Source: an uncultured Verrucomicrobiaceae bacterium (lineage in GTDB: Bacteria; Pseudomonadota; Gammaproteobacteria; Pseudomonadales; CAMLJR01). Taken from it: 64,000 nt of DNA. The notes under the pieces were generated by a model. It was not told where the DNA came from. It made no database searches and worked only from the letters and a program-made list of their open reading frames with translations. Shown in pieces: positions 1 to 11,331 of this stretch. Every line of letters starts with the position of its first letter. Position 1 is the stretch's first letter. The stretch lies in the NCBI GenBank assembly GCA_964500675.1, contig CAZCNY010000007.1, positions 81,582-145,581 on the forward strand, written 5' to 3'. The translations under genes were made by a program, and so were the position numbers.

Positions 1-999
<999 letters not shown>

Positions 1000-1039
1000 T
1001 CAATAAGAAAAAAGCCAGTTAACGGATTTGCGAAAACGA

Positions 1040-2338
1040 TTACAGGGTTTTCATCACGCGCTCGGCGGCAGCAATCGTGTAATCGATGTCATCGCGCGAA
1101 TGCGTCGACGACAAAAATGATGCTTCATACGATGCGGGCGCGAGATAAATGCCTGCGTCCAGCATGCCGTGAAAGAAGCGATTGAAGCGAGCGATATTGC
1201 AGGCCATCACCTGTGTGTAATTCGTTACGGATTTTTCTTCCGTGGATTTTTCACCTAAAAAGAAAGCGCCAAACATACTGCCGACATAATTCGTCGTGAA
1301 TGGAATGCCGGCTTTTTGCGCCGCGCTTAATAAACCTTGCGCAACCAATTCGGTTTTATGAAATAACTCTTGATAAAAACCGGGCTGTTGAATGATGGCG
1401 AGGTTCGCGAGTCCCGCCGCCATCGCGACGGGATTTCCGGACAGTGTGCCCGCTTGATACACGGGGCCGAGCGGTGCGATTTTTTCCATGATTTCGCGTT
1501 TGCCGCCGAAGGCGCCGACCGGCATGCCGCCGCCGATGACTTTGCCGAGCGTGGTGAGATCGGCTTCGATATGGTAATAACCCTGCGCGCCTTGCAGACC
1601 CAAGCGAAAACCCGTCATCACTTCATCGAGAATTAACACCGCGCCGTAGCGCGTGCACTGTTCGCGCAATGTTTCGAGAAATCCCGGTAGCGGCGGTACG
1701 CAATTCATATTGCCGGCAACAGGCTCGACGATAATGCACGCGATTTGTTCGCCGATTTTCGCAAACATGTTTTTTACGCTGGCGCTATCGTTGTAGGTCA
1801 ATGTGATGGTGTGATCGGCGAGCGCCGCGGGCACGCCCGGTGAACTCGGCACACCGAAGGTGAGCGCGCCCGAGCCCGCTTTCACGAGCAGCGAATCGGA
1901 GTGGCCGTGATAGCAGCCTTCGAATTTGACGATTTTGTCGCGTCCGGTGTAACCGCGTGCAAGGCGGATCGCGCTCATCGTCGCCTCGGTGCCCGAACTC
2001 ACCATGCGCACCAGATCCATGTTCGGCATGATCTCGCAAAGTTTGCGCGCAAGTTCGATTTCGATTGCAGTCGGCGCGCCGAAACTCAAGCCATCGACAA
2101 TGCGCTCGCGCACGGCTTCGATAATAGCCGGGTGTGCATGCCCCGCGATCATCGGCCCCCACGACAGCACGTAATCGATGTAGCGATTGCCGTCGGCATC
2201 GAACAGGTACGGTCCGCAGGCGCGCTCAATAAAAATCGGCGTGCCACCGACCGCTTTGAACGCGCGCACGGGTGAATTCACGCCGCCCGGAATGTATTTT
2301 TGAGCCTGTTGGAATAATTCGATGGAGCGAGGATGCAT
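1040..2338 (-). CDS. hemL: glutamate-1-semialdehyde 2,1-aminomutase
   Basis: ORF 1040..2458 trimmed to the internal ATG at 2338 ([27 protein letters not shown]...), the canonical HemL N-terminus. Class-III aminotransferase motifs run throughout. Confidence 0.93.
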   Translation of the reverse strand: MHPRSIELFQQAQKYIPGGVNSPVRAFKAVGGTPIFIERACGPYLFDADGNRYIDYVLSWGPMIAGHAHPAIIEAVRERIVDGLSFGAPTAIEIELARKLCEIMPNMDLVRMVSSGTEATMSAIRLARGYTGRDKIVKFEGCYHGHSDSLLVKAGSGALTFGVPSSPGVPAALADHTITLTYNDSASVKNMFAKIGEQIACIIVEPVAGNMNCVPPLPGFLETLREQCTRYGAVLILDEVMTGFRLGLQGAQGYYHIEADLTTLGKVIGGGMPVGAFGGKREIMEKIAPLGPVYQAGTLSGNPVAMAAGLANLAIIQQPGFYQELFHKTELVAQGLLSAAQKAGIPFTTNYVGSMFGAFFLGEKSTEEKSVTNYTQVMACNIARFNRFFHGMLDAGIYLAPASYEASFLSSTHSRDDIDYTIAAAERVMKTL

Positions 2339-2465
2339 GATGTCGGGTCTGCGCATGACGATTAAGAGCGATGCGAAATTATCCTGGCTTGAACGCGCTA
2401 ATGCCAGCCGTTTTATTGACGATAATGTGTTCGCATTTATTGCAGAGGCGCGATGCAATCCGCCC

Positions 2466-3245
2466 CTACGGTTTGCGACACCAGAAGAGACGATCGGGAA
2501 TTAATCCGCCCATACCGACGCGGCGCGCATGCGCGAGTGCCTGCCAGGTGAATTGCTGTCCCTGTTGCAGCGCTTCGTGGAGATCGAAGCCGTGCGCGAG
2601 ATAGGCCGTCACCGCGGCCGATAAGGTGCTGCCGGCGCCGTGAAATGTCTGCGCTAATGCATCCCACAGATATTCTTTGGCGAGGCCGCGCGTTGAATAG
2701 AGTCGATTGGCGATTTTGTTGTGTTCGTTATGAGCTACCGTCGCGAGAATTTGCGGACAGCCGAATTCGAGCAGCTCCTGCACACAGGCGCCGATGCTGT
2801 CGCCGCAGTTTGAAAGGAGCGTGATGTGTTCGGTACTCATGATGCTGAGGCTGGCGCGCGGCAGTAACAGCATGCGCACCGCGGCCGCGACATCGCCGTC
2901 GACCGCGCCATGATGCAGCACCGGGTCTAAAACCACGGGGATTGCGCTGTATTCGCCGAGAATCGTGTGAATGACTTCGGCTTGCGCCACCGTGGCGACA
3001 TCGCCGATTTTGATCGCGGTCACCGCACTGTCTTCGAGTGCGACGCGCACCTGTTCGATCAGCAGCGATGCGCCCGTGCTTTGGCGGTCCTTGAAGTTGC
3101 GGGTGTCGCGCACATTGAGCGCGGTGATCGCGGAGGCGCAGTGGCAGCCCAGACTATTTGCGGTTTCGACATCGGCCACTACGCCCGCGCCGCCGCTCGG
3201 GTCGTGGCTGTTGATCGTGAGCAAAACGGGCTGTTTGTTATCCAT
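2466..3245 (-). CDS. thiD: hydroxymethylpyrimidine/phosphomethylpyrimidine kinase
   Basis: 259 aa. N-terminal [18 protein letters not shown] motif is typical of ThiD/PdxK-family kinases. Confidence 0.85.
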   Translation of the reverse strand: MDNKQPVLLTINSHDPSGGAGVVADVETANSLGCHCASAITALNVRDTRNFKDRQSTGASLLIEQVRVALEDSAVTAIKIGDVATVAQAEVIHTILGEYSAIPVVLDPVLHHGAVDGDVAAAVRMLLLPRASLSIMSTEHITLLSNCGDSIGACVQELLEFGCPQILATVAHNEHNKIANRLYSTRGLAKEYLWDALAQTFHGAGSTLSAAVTAYLAHGFDLHEALQQGQQFTWQALAHARRVGMGGLIPDRLFWCRKP

Positions 3246-3320
3246 CGTTGATCCCTGCTGTCTTGCTCCCCGCCTCCTTCGGGAGAGGGGTTGGCGGTGA
3301 GGAAACTTATTCTGCGCTCG

Positions 3321-3737
3321 TCAAAAAGGCTTTACCACTGCAAGAATCACAATTGCAAACAGCAGCAGCACGGGCAGTTCGTTGAACCAGCGGTAGAACA
3401 CGTGGCTGCGCACTTCATCGCGCGCGAGCCGCTTTACTTCCGCGCCGCAAAAACCGTGATAGCCGAACAGCAGCAGCACGAGTGCAAGTTTTGCGTGCAG
3501 CCAGCCTGCGTGCAGGTAGTAATCAAGATTCGTCATCATCATCGCGACGCCGAATACCAGTGTGAACAGCATGAACGGGGTGATGAAGCGGTAGAGTTTG
3601 CGCTCCATGATTTTGAGGTGGTCGCGCGTGGCCTGCTCGGTGGCGAGCGCGTGATATACGAACAGGCGCGGCAGGTAGAAAATACCGGCGAACCAGCAGA
3701 TAACGGCGATGATGTGAAAGGCTTTTAACCAGAGCAT
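3321..3737 (-). CDS. hemJ: HemJ-family protoporphyrinogen IX oxidase (UPF0093/CopD-like membrane protein)
   Basis: ORF 3321..3914 trimmed to MLWLKAFHIIAVICWFAGIFYLPRLFVYHA..., the characteristic HemJ start. ~138 aa with 4 predicted TM segments. Confidence 0.75.
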   Translation of the reverse strand: MLWLKAFHIIAVICWFAGIFYLPRLFVYHALATEQATRDHLKIMERKLYRFITPFMLFTLVFGVAMMMTNLDYYLHAGWLHAKLALVLLLFGYHGFCGAEVKRLARDEVRSHVFYRWFNELPVLLLFAIVILAVVKPF

Positions 3738-3885
3738 AAGTGTGATTCCTGATCGCGCCGGCGGCGTAAGAAAACAATGGCCGGCATTGTAGCGGTCTCT
3801 TCGAGGCGGCAACATCGGCGCGGCTGTGGTTAAATAAGCGGTCTGTTGCATTCTCCCTGAAATCTGTTCATTCGAGGCTTTTGCT

Positions 3886-4923
3886 GTGATCAAAGTCGGC
3901 ATCGTCGGTGGCACCGGTTATACCGGCGTCGAATTGTTGCGCATCCTGTCCAAGCATCCGCAGGTCGAACTGGTCGCGATCACCTCGCGCTCGGAGGCGG
4001 GGCAAGCTGTTGCGGACATGTACCCGAATCTGCGCGGCCACGTCGATCTCAAATTCACGGTGCCCGATCACGTTGCGCTCGCCCAATGCGATGTGGTGTT
4101 TTTCGCCACGCCGCACAATGTTGCGATGCAGACCGTGCCCGATCTTATCGAGCGCGGCGTGCACATCATCGATCTATCGGCGGATTTTCGGATTCGCGAT
4201 GCGCAGTTGTGGTCGAAATGGTATGGCGAGCCGCACACGGCGCCCGAACTGCTCGCCAAAGCCGTTTACGGCCTACCCGAAGTCAACCGCGAGCGCATTC
4301 GCGAGGCGCAATTGATTGCGGCGGCGGGCTGCTATCCGACTTCGGTGCAATTGGGTTTTCTGCCGCTACTCGAAAAAGGCTGGATCGATCCCGCGCGTTT
4401 GATTGCAAACTCGGCGTCGGGTGTCAGCGGTGCGGGCAAGAGCGCGAAAATCGACAACCTGTTCGCCGAAATCAACGACAGCTTCAAGGCCTATGGGGTA
4501 TCGGGCCATCGCCACTTGCCTGAAATCGAACAGGGCCTCGGCGCTATCGCGGGCAAACCCGTGCAGGTGACGTTCGTGCCGCATCTGTTGCCGATTGTGC
4601 GCGGTATACACTCGACGCTGTATGCGGAATTAACCGGCGATATTCCACTCGAACAATTACAGCAGGCATTCGAAGAGCGTTACGCGAACGAGCCGTTCGT
4701 TGATGTGCTGCCGAAAGGTGTGTTGCCGCAGACGCGCAGCGTGAAAGGCGCGAATATCTGTCGCATCAGTGTGCAGCGACCGCAGGGTCGCAACACTGTG
4801 GTTGTACTTGCGGTGATCGACAATTTGGTGAAAGGCGCCTCGGGTCAGGCGGTGCAGTGCATGAATATCATGTGCGGTCTGCCCGAAACGCAGGGGCTCG
4901 ATATCGTCGCACTGTTGCCGTGA
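3886..4923 (+). CDS. argC: N-acetyl-gamma-glutamyl-phosphate reductase
   Basis: 345 aa with [21 protein letters not shown] Rossmann start and AAGCYPTS active-site Cys context. Confidence 0.95.
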   Translation: MIKVGIVGGTGYTGVELLRILSKHPQVELVAITSRSEAGQAVADMYPNLRGHVDLKFTVPDHVALAQCDVVFFATPHNVAMQTVPDLIERGVHIIDLSADFRIRDAQLWSKWYGEPHTAPELLAKAVYGLPEVNRERIREAQLIAAAGCYPTSVQLGFLPLLEKGWIDPARLIANSASGVSGAGKSAKIDNLFAEINDSFKAYGVSGHRHLPEIEQGLGAIAGKPVQVTFVPHLLPIVRGIHSTLYAELTGDIPLEQLQQAFEERYANEPFVDVLPKGVLPQTRSVKGANICRISVQRPQGRNTVVVLAVIDNLVKGASGQAVQCMNIMCGLPETQGLDIVALLP

Positions 4924-4947
4924 TATAAATTATTTCTAGAGGTTGTT

Positions 4948-5301
4948 ATGTCCGTTGTTACCGAATTCGTGCCGCAGGTTTTGCATCTGACCGACAACGC
5001 TGTCGCCAAAGTGAAAGCGTTAGTCGCAGAGGAAGAAAACCCATCGCTCAAATTGCGCGTATACGTCACGGGCGGCGGCTGCTCGGGATTTCAGTACGGT
5101 TTTTCGTTTGAGGACGAGGCTGCCGAAGACGACACGCTCGTGGAAAAAGACGGCGTGACCGCGCTGGTCGATCCGCTCAGCTACCAATATCTCGTCGGTT
5201 CCGAAGTCGATTACAAAGAAGGGCTAGAAGGCTCGCGCTTCGTCATCAATAATCCGAACGCCGCAACGACCTGCGGCTGCGGCTCTTCGTTTTCGATTTG
5301 A
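4948..5301 (+). CDS. erpA: iron-sulfur cluster insertion protein (A-type carrier)
   Basis: 117 aa with GGGCSGFQY and a C-terminal CGCGSSF cluster-ligand motif. Confidence 0.92.
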   Translation: MSVVTEFVPQVLHLTDNAVAKVKALVAEEENPSLKLRVYVTGGGCSGFQYGFSFEDEAAEDDTLVEKDGVTALVDPLSYQYLVGSEVDYKEGLEGSRFVINNPNAATTCGCGSSFSI

Positions 5302-5463
5302 TTTCTATTTACTCCGAGCGAAGCGATCGCTAAGTTCAAGGCCATGCAACAGCGCATACCGGTCGAGCATTTCATGATGATGAAGCCGCCGGGGCTGCCG
5401 GCTGCGAAATTTGTCGAATACGCCGAGCTATTCGCCAAAGAGGTTATTCCCGCCTTTTGCTGA
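5302..5463 (+). pseudogene. C-terminal remnant (~50 codons) of a luciferase-like monooxygenase (LLM) family gene
   Basis: The frame starting right after the erpA stop reads FLFTPSEAIAKFKAMQQRIPVEHFMMMKPPGLPAAKFVEYAELFAKEVIPAFC*. This matches the usual LLM C-terminal pattern (TPE..A..L......V.H.....P.GLP......S.ELFA.EV.PAF). The preceding ~300 codons of such a gene are absent. Confidence 0.55.
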
Positions 5464-5595
5464 CACGAAACAATCCAGCCCGGGCGATTTTGAAAGCGGT
5501 AACCTGACGTCGGCTTTCATCTAATGGTAATGTGCGTCGTAAGCATTTCGTTCAAAATGCCGTCCACCATTATCTCTCTTCTTGGCTGATGAATC

Positions 5596-6288
5596 ATGTC
5601 GAAACCGGCTCTTGTTCCATTACCTATCATTGCCATTGTGGGAGGCACCGGCGATCTCGGTACCGGATTGGCGCGGCGTTGGGTGCAGGCGGGTTATCCG
5701 GTAATTATCGGTTCGCGCACGGCCGATAAAGCGGAGGCGGCGGCGGCAGCACTGAAAGCGCTGATGCAACAGCGCGGCGCCGGCGCGGTCGATGTGCGCG
5801 GCGCAGACAATGTAGCGGCAGCGCAGGCAGCCGATATCGTCGCGTTGACGGTGCCGTTCAGTCACCAGGCGCCGACACTCGAACAGATTAAATCCGCGCT
5901 CGAAGGCAAAATCCTGATCGATGTCACGGTGCCGCTGGTGCCGCCGAAAGTGATGCGCGTGCAATTGCCGCCCGAGGGCTCGGCGGGACAGATCGCGCAG
6001 AACATTCTCGGTGAAGGCGTGCGCGTGGTGTCGGCGTTTCAGAATGTCGCCGCGCATCATTTGCAGGAAGGCCATGCGCTCGATTGCGATGTGCTTGTGT
6101 GCGGCGACGATAAAGAGGCGCGCGCGCAAGTCATTGCGTTAGTCGAGGCGGCCGGCATGCGCGGTTTTCATGCGGGCTCGATCGCGAACGCGGCGGCGGC
6201 CGAGGCGCTGACCTCGCTGCTCATCTTCATCAACAAACAATACAGCTGCCACGCCGGAATTCGTATCACCGGCCTTAATGACCGTTGA
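5596..6288 (+). CDS. npdG: NADPH-dependent F420 reductase (F420:NADP+ oxidoreductase)
   Basis: 230 aa with IAIVGGTGDLGTGLARRW dinucleotide-binding start typical of Fno/NpdG. It heads the F420 cluster. Confidence 0.8.
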   Translation: MSKPALVPLPIIAIVGGTGDLGTGLARRWVQAGYPVIIGSRTADKAEAAAAALKALMQQRGAGAVDVRGADNVAAAQAADIVALTVPFSHQAPTLEQIKSALEGKILIDVTVPLVPPKVMRVQLPPEGSAGQIAQNILGEGVRVVSAFQNVAAHHLQEGHALDCDVLVCGDDKEARAQVIALVEAAGMRGFHAGSIANAAAAEALTSLLIFINKQYSCHAGIRITGLNDR

Positions 6289-6306
6289 ATAAGTGCGAGC
6301 ATTGAG

Positions 6307-7074
6307 ATGCGTTGTCAGTTGCAATTAAGCGCGCTGCCGGGTATTCCCTTCGTCGAGCCCGGCGATGATTTGTGTGCGCTGATGCTGGCGGCGCTCGATC
6401 GTGCGCAGCAAAAATTGCATGGCGGCGATGTGCTCGTGCTCGCGCAAAAAATCGTTTCCAAAGCCGAAAATCGCTACGTTTATTTGAATACGGTGACGCC
6501 GGGCGCGCGCGCTATCGAATTGGCGCGGCAGGCCGATAAGGATCCGCGCATTGTCGAATTGATTTTGCGCGAATCGGTCGAAGTGCTGCGTGTGCGCAAA
6601 GGCGCGATCATTGTCGAACATCGCAACGGTTATGTGCACGCGCATGCGGGTATCGATCAATCGAATATTGCTTCCGAATCCGATAATCCGCGCGTGTTGC
6701 TGTTGCCGGAAAATTCCGACGCCAGTGCTGCGCAATTGCGCGAACAATTGCGCGCGGCCACGGGTGTCGATGTGGCCATCATCATCAACGACAGCGCGGG
6801 ACGAGCGTGGCGCAATGGCGTGATCGGTTTCGCGCTCGGTAGCGCGGGTTTAATGCCGCTCGAAAATCGCATCGGCACGCGCGATTTATTCGGCCGCGCG
6901 CTCGAAGTGACAGAGGTTGCCGTCGCCGATGAACTGGCGGCGGCGGCATCGTTTTTGATGGGGCAGGCCGCCGAAGGTGCGCCCGTGGTATTGATTCGCG
7001 GTGCTGATATCACGCGATCGGATGACGGTTCGAAAACATTGATTCGTGCGCGCGCGCAGGATTTGTTTCGATGA
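6307..7074 (+). CDS. cofE: coenzyme F420-0:L-glutamate ligase, stand-alone form
   Basis: 255 aa with GDVLVLAQKIVSKAENRYV and HAHAGIDQSN motifs of CofE. There is no C-terminal nitroreductase-like (FbiB-type) extension. Confidence 0.85.
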   Translation: MRCQLQLSALPGIPFVEPGDDLCALMLAALDRAQQKLHGGDVLVLAQKIVSKAENRYVYLNTVTPGARAIELARQADKDPRIVELILRESVEVLRVRKGAIIVEHRNGYVHAHAGIDQSNIASESDNPRVLLLPENSDASAAQLREQLRAATGVDVAIIINDSAGRAWRNGVIGFALGSAGLMPLENRIGTRDLFGRALEVTEVAVADELAAAASFLMGQAAEGAPVVLIRGADITRSDDGSKTLIRARAQDLFR

Positions 7075-8051
7075 CGTTTTCTGGGAAAAAATATCTTGCG
7101 CTGTCGGGCGGCGTCGGCGGCGCGAAACTGGCGGTCGGTCTCGCGCAGTTGCTTGCGCCCGAGCAATTAACGATTGTCGGCAACACGGGCGATGATTTCG
7201 ATCACTACGGCCTGCGCATCTGCCCCGATCTCGACAGCGTCATGTACGCGCTCGCCGGCCGCAATAACGCGGTACAAGGCTGGGGTCTAACGAATGAATC
7301 GTGGCGCGTGCTCGATCAGCTCGGCGCGATCGGCGGCGAAACCTGGTTCAAGCTCGGCGATCTCGATATCGCCACGCATCTGCTGCGTTCGGAATATTTG
7401 CGGCGCGGCGAATCGCTGAGCGCAGCGACCAGAAAATTATGTGCGGGCTTCGGCGTTCAGCATCGCTTGGTGCCGATGAGCGACGACGCGGTAGCAACCA
7501 TCGTCGAAACGGCGAAGGATGAAACCGAAAGCGGCGATCTGAGTTTTCAGCATTATTTCGTGCGCGAGCAATGCAAACCGGTTGTGCGCGGTTTTTATTT
7601 TCGCGGCATCGAGCAAGCCAGGCCGCATCCCGAACTATTGCAGCCGTTGCTCGATAATGCCGTCGACGCCGTGATCATTTGTCCGTCGAATCCGTTTGTG
7701 AGCGTCGATCCGATGCTTCAATTGCCGGGCGTGCGCACAGCATTGCAAAATACCTCGGTGCCCGTCATCGCGGTTTCGCCGATTGTCGGCGGCCATGCCA
7801 TCAAAGGCCCTGCGGCAAAAATGCTGCGCGAGCTTAATTACGCTAGCAGTGCGTTTGCAGTAGCGAAGTACTATCGCGACGTTGTCGATGGTTTTGTGAT
7901 CGATCACGCCGATGCCGATCAACTCGCTGCGATTGCCGAACTCGATATCGTCGCGCATGCAACGGCGAGCGTGATGAAAACTCACGATGATCGCGTTCAA
8001 CTCGCGCGTGCGGTGCTGCAATTCGCCAGTGCACTCGCGGGCGAGCAGTGA
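7071..8051 (+). CDS. cofD: 2-phospho-L-lactate (or analogue) transferase
   Basis: 326 aa with [17 protein letters not shown] start typical of CofD/FbiA. ATGA overlap with the cofE stop. Confidence 0.88.
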   Translation: MTFSGKKYLALSGGVGGAKLAVGLAQLLAPEQLTIVGNTGDDFDHYGLRICPDLDSVMYALAGRNNAVQGWGLTNESWRVLDQLGAIGGETWFKLGDLDIATHLLRSEYLRRGESLSAATRKLCAGFGVQHRLVPMSDDAVATIVETAKDETESGDLSFQHYFVREQCKPVVRGFYFRGIEQARPHPELLQPLLDNAVDAVIICPSNPFVSVDPMLQLPGVRTALQNTSVPVIAVSPIVGGHAIKGPAAKMLRELNYASSAFAVAKYYRDVVDGFVIDHADADQLAAIAELDIVAHATASVMKTHDDRVQLARAVLQFASALAGEQ

Positions 8052-8057
8052 GAAAGC

Positions 8058-8801
8058 GTGATGCAAGTTCTATTGCCGCTCAAAGAATTCGCCGCCGCTA
8101 AACAGCGGCTCTCCGGTGTGCTCTCGGCTGCCGAGCGCGCGCAATTATTCGAGGCGATGGTCGAGGATGTGCTGCTGGTTCTGACGCGACATCCCGCGAT
8201 TGAAAATATTGCGATCTGCTCGCGCGATCACGCCGCGCGTTGGCTGGCGAATTATTACGAGGTCGAATTTATCGACGAAGCGAAATTGCCGTCCAGCGAT
8301 TTAAATACGGCGGTCAACGCGACGGTGCGTGAAATCGACTCGCGTGGCGAAAACGATCTATGCGTGGTGCACGGCGATTTACCGCTACTGAGCGCTGAAG
8401 ATGTCAGCGCATTTTTACAGGCCCATCGCGACGGTAAAATATCGGCAATGACGATCGCGCCCGATCGTCGCGGCAGCGGCACGAATCTGCTGGCATGGCG
8501 CGCGCTTCCAGATTTGCTGGTGAGTTACGGCGACAACAGTTTTCAGCGCCACTGTGCACTGGCGCGTGAATTGAATATCGATCCTACGATTTGCGATTTG
8601 CCCGGCGCTCGTTGCGATATCGACAATCCCGAGGATTTACTGTTGTTGGTAACGCAGCCCGCGTGCGATGGCGCCGCCAAGAGTCTGGCATTTTTACGCG
8701 ACAGCGGCATCGCCGAGCGGTTGCGCGCCATGCAGCGCAGCGCGAACCGCGCGTGCGGCAAAGAAATCACGCACGGCGGAGATGATCGTGAGCGCGCCTG
8801 A
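8058..8801 (+). CDS. cofC: 2-phospho-L-lactate/phosphoenolpyruvate guanylyltransferase
   Basis: 247 aa with the VLLPLKEFAAAKQRLS start typical of CofC/FbiD. Sits between cofD and fbiC. Confidence 0.78.
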   Translation: MMQVLLPLKEFAAAKQRLSGVLSAAERAQLFEAMVEDVLLVLTRHPAIENIAICSRDHAARWLANYYEVEFIDEAKLPSSDLNTAVNATVREIDSRGENDLCVVHGDLPLLSAEDVSAFLQAHRDGKISAMTIAPDRRGSGTNLLAWRALPDLLVSYGDNSFQRHCALARELNIDPTICDLPGARCDIDNPEDLLLLVTQPACDGAAKSLAFLRDSGIAERLRAMQRSANRACGKEITHGGDDRERA

Positions 8802-11235
8802 GATTTTCGAAATAGTTGCGCAGCAATTGCTCGCCGATAAGCCGCTCAGCGATAGCCAGGCGTTGCAGCTGGCCGCTATCGACGATACCGCAGCATTGAT
8901 GCGCGTCGCCGCGCAATTGCGCGATCGCGGTTTTCGCAATGTCGTTACGTATTCGCGCAAGGTTTTTCTGCCGCTGACGCAACTCTGTCGCGATGTGTGC
9001 CATTACTGCACCTTCGCGCAAACGCCGCGCCATCTTGCCGCGCCGTATATGTCCGTCGATGATGTGATCGCGCAAGTCAAAGCGGCAGAAAAATTGGGTT
9101 GCAAAGAAGCGCTGCTCACGCTCGGCGAAAAACCCGAGCTGCGCTATCGCGTCGCGCGCGAAGCGCTCGATGCGATGGGCTTTGCAACGACGCTCGATTA
9201 TGTTGCGCATGTCGCCGAACGCATCGTGCAGGAAACTTCGGTGCTGCCGCATATCAACGCGGGCACGATGACGCGCGAAGAAATTGCGAAATTACGCACA
9301 GTGAGTGCGTCGATGGGCATCATGCTCGAATCGGCCGCCGCACGTTTGTGCGACAAAGGTCTGCCGCATCACGGTTCGCCCGATAAAATTCCCGCCGTGC
9401 GTTTGGAAACGCTGCGCTTGGCGGGCGAAGCTAACGTGCCGTTCACGAGCGGGATTTTGATCGGCATCGGCGAAACACGGCGCGAGCGCATCGAAAGTTT
9501 ATTGGCATTGCGTGAGATTCATGTGCCCCGTGGTTGTCAGCACAGGGGTCATCTGCAAGAAATCATCGTGCAGAATTTTCGCGCCAAGCCGAATACATTG
9601 ATGGCGCAAGCGCCAGAGCCCGATCTCGATGAATTGCTGTGGACGCTCGCAGTGGCGCGCTGCATTTTCGGCGCGCAGATGAGCATCCAGGCGCCGCCGA
9701 ATTTAAGTCCCGGCGTGTTGCCGCAATTAATCGCCGCGGGCATCAACGATTGGGGCGGTGTGAGCCCGGTGACACCCGATTATGTCAATCCCGAAGCGCC
9801 GTGGCCGCATCTCGATAATCTCGCGCGTGAAACGGCGAGCGCCGGGAAATGTTTGCAAGAGCGGCTGACGATTTATCCTCGGTATGTTTTGGAAAAAGAG
9901 CGTTGGCTCGATGCCTCGCTGCATGAAAATGTGTTGAAGAAAATCGACGCCGAAGGTTTTGCGCGGCTCGATGAGTGGATGCCGGGCAGCGCCACAGAAT
10001 TGCCAGCATTCGATGTCGAGCTGCTGACGAAACCGCCGCGTGCTGCCAGTAAAGATATTGAAGCGATCGTTGCGCGTGCGCGCGCTGGCGAGCGTTTGCA
10101 TGAAAATGAAATCGTACGGCTATTTCAGGTGCGCGGCGATGATTTTGCATTCGTGACACAGGCCGCGAATGCGCTGCGCAATGCGGTGAACGGCGATCGC
10201 GTCGCCTACGTCGTCAATCGCAATATCAATTACACCAATATCTGCTATTTCAAATGTCAGTTCTGTGCCTTCTCGAAAGGCAAGCTCAGCGAAAATTTGC
10301 GCGGGCGTCCTTACGATTTATCGCTCGATGAAATTCAGCGCCGTGTGCGCGAAGCGTGGGATCGCGGCGCGACGGAAGTGTGCATGCAGGGCGGCATTCA
10401 TCCCGACTACACGGGGCAGAAATATCTCGAAATTCTCGCCGCGGTAAAAGACGCGGTGCCGGCAATGCATGTGCACGCCTTTTCACCGCTCGAAGTGTGG
10501 CAGGGCGCGAAAACACTCGGCGTCGATCTCGAAATCTTCTTGCGAAAATTAAAGGAAGCTGGGCTCGGCACGCTGCCGGGTACCGCGGCGGAAATTCTCG
10601 ACGATGAAGTGCGCGCGATCATCTGTCCCGACAAAATCAACACCGAAGATTGGTTGCGTGTGATAGAAACCGCGCATCGCGTCGGTTTGAAAACGACATC
10701 GACCATCATGTACGGCCACGTCGAAAAATTGCAGCACTGGGCGCGGCATTTATTGCGCGTGCGCGCTGTGCAGGAACGCACGGGTGGCATCACCGAATTT
10801 GTGCCGCTGCCGTTTGTGGCGAAGGAGGCGCCGCTGTATTTGAAAGGCCGTGCGCGGCGCGGTCCGACGTTTCGCGAAGCGGTGTTGATGCACGCGGTGG
10901 CTCGCCTCGTCTTGCATCCATTGATTCCGAATATTCAAACGTCGTGGGTCAAGATGGGCGCTGCGGGTGTTGCCGCGTGTTTACATGCGGGTGCGAATGA
11001 CGTTGGTGGCACGTTGATGAATGAATCGATTACGCGTGCAGCGGGTGCCAGTCATGGCGAGGAAATGCCGCCCGAAATGATGGATGCACTGATTCGCAAT
11101 TGTGCGCGCGAGCCGCAGCAGCGCACGACGTTGTACGGCGAGCCGAGTGCTGCACAGGTTGAAAAATCATACAGCGCGCCCGCGCTCGTGCAGATTGTGA
11201 ATACGCCGGTGCCGAAAAAGATTGGCGGAATTTGA
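8782..11235 (+). CDS. fbiC: FO synthase, fused CofG-CofH (two radical-SAM domains)
   Basis: ORF 8668..11235 trimmed to ATG 8782, preceded by GGCGGAG and overlapping cofC by 20 nt. Two radical-SAM Cys triads are present: CRDVCHYCTF and CYFKCQFCAF. Confidence 0.9.
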   Translation: MIVSAPEIFEIVAQQLLADKPLSDSQALQLAAIDDTAALMRVAAQLRDRGFRNVVTYSRKVFLPLTQLCRDVCHYCTFAQTPRHLAAPYMSVDDVIAQVKAAEKLGCKEALLTLGEKPELRYRVAREALDAMGFATTLDYVAHVAERIVQETSVLPHINAGTMTREEIAKLRTVSASMGIMLESAAARLCDKGLPHHGSPDKIPAVRLETLRLAGEANVPFTSGILIGIGETRRERIESLLALREIHVPRGCQHRGHLQEIIVQNFRAKPNTLMAQAPEPDLDELLWTLAVARCIFGAQMSIQAPPNLSPGVLPQLIAAGINDWGGVSPVTPDYVNPEAPWPHLDNLARETASAGKCLQERLTIYPRYVLEKERWLDASLHENVLKKIDAEGFARLDEWMPGSATELPAFDVELLTKPPRAASKDIEAIVARARAGERLHENEIVRLFQVRGDDFAFVTQAANALRNAVNGDRVAYVVNRNINYTNICYFKCQFCAFSKGKLSENLRGRPYDLSLDEIQRRVREAWDRGATEVCMQGGIHPDYTGQKYLEILAAVKDAVPAMHVHAFSPLEVWQGAKTLGVDLEIFLRKLKEAGLGTLPGTAAEILDDEVRAIICPDKINTEDWLRVIETAHRVGLKTTSTIMYGHVEKLQHWARHLLRVRAVQERTGGITEFVPLPFVAKEAPLYLKGRARRGPTFREAVLMHAVARLVLHPLIPNIQTSWVKMGAAGVAACLHAGANDVGGTLMNESITRAAGASHGEEMPPEMMDALIRNCAREPQQRTTLYGEPSAAQVEKSYSAPALVQIVNTPVPKKIGGI

Positions 11236-11331
11236 TGTCGTAGACGGGTTGCTTTGATTTGTAAGCGGACGTTCATTGTATTTATGTGATGGACAAGTTA
11301 TCGGGTGGAGCGGACATCAAAGATCAAGAAA

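Noticed and set aside
3268-3297. GC-rich nested hairpin (CCGCC...CTCC-TTCG-GGAG...GGCGG) between hemJ and thiD
   Set aside because: No U-run follows on the transcribed (minus) strand, and the 75-nt spacer is too short for a TPP riboswitch. None of the conserved THI-box sequence is present.
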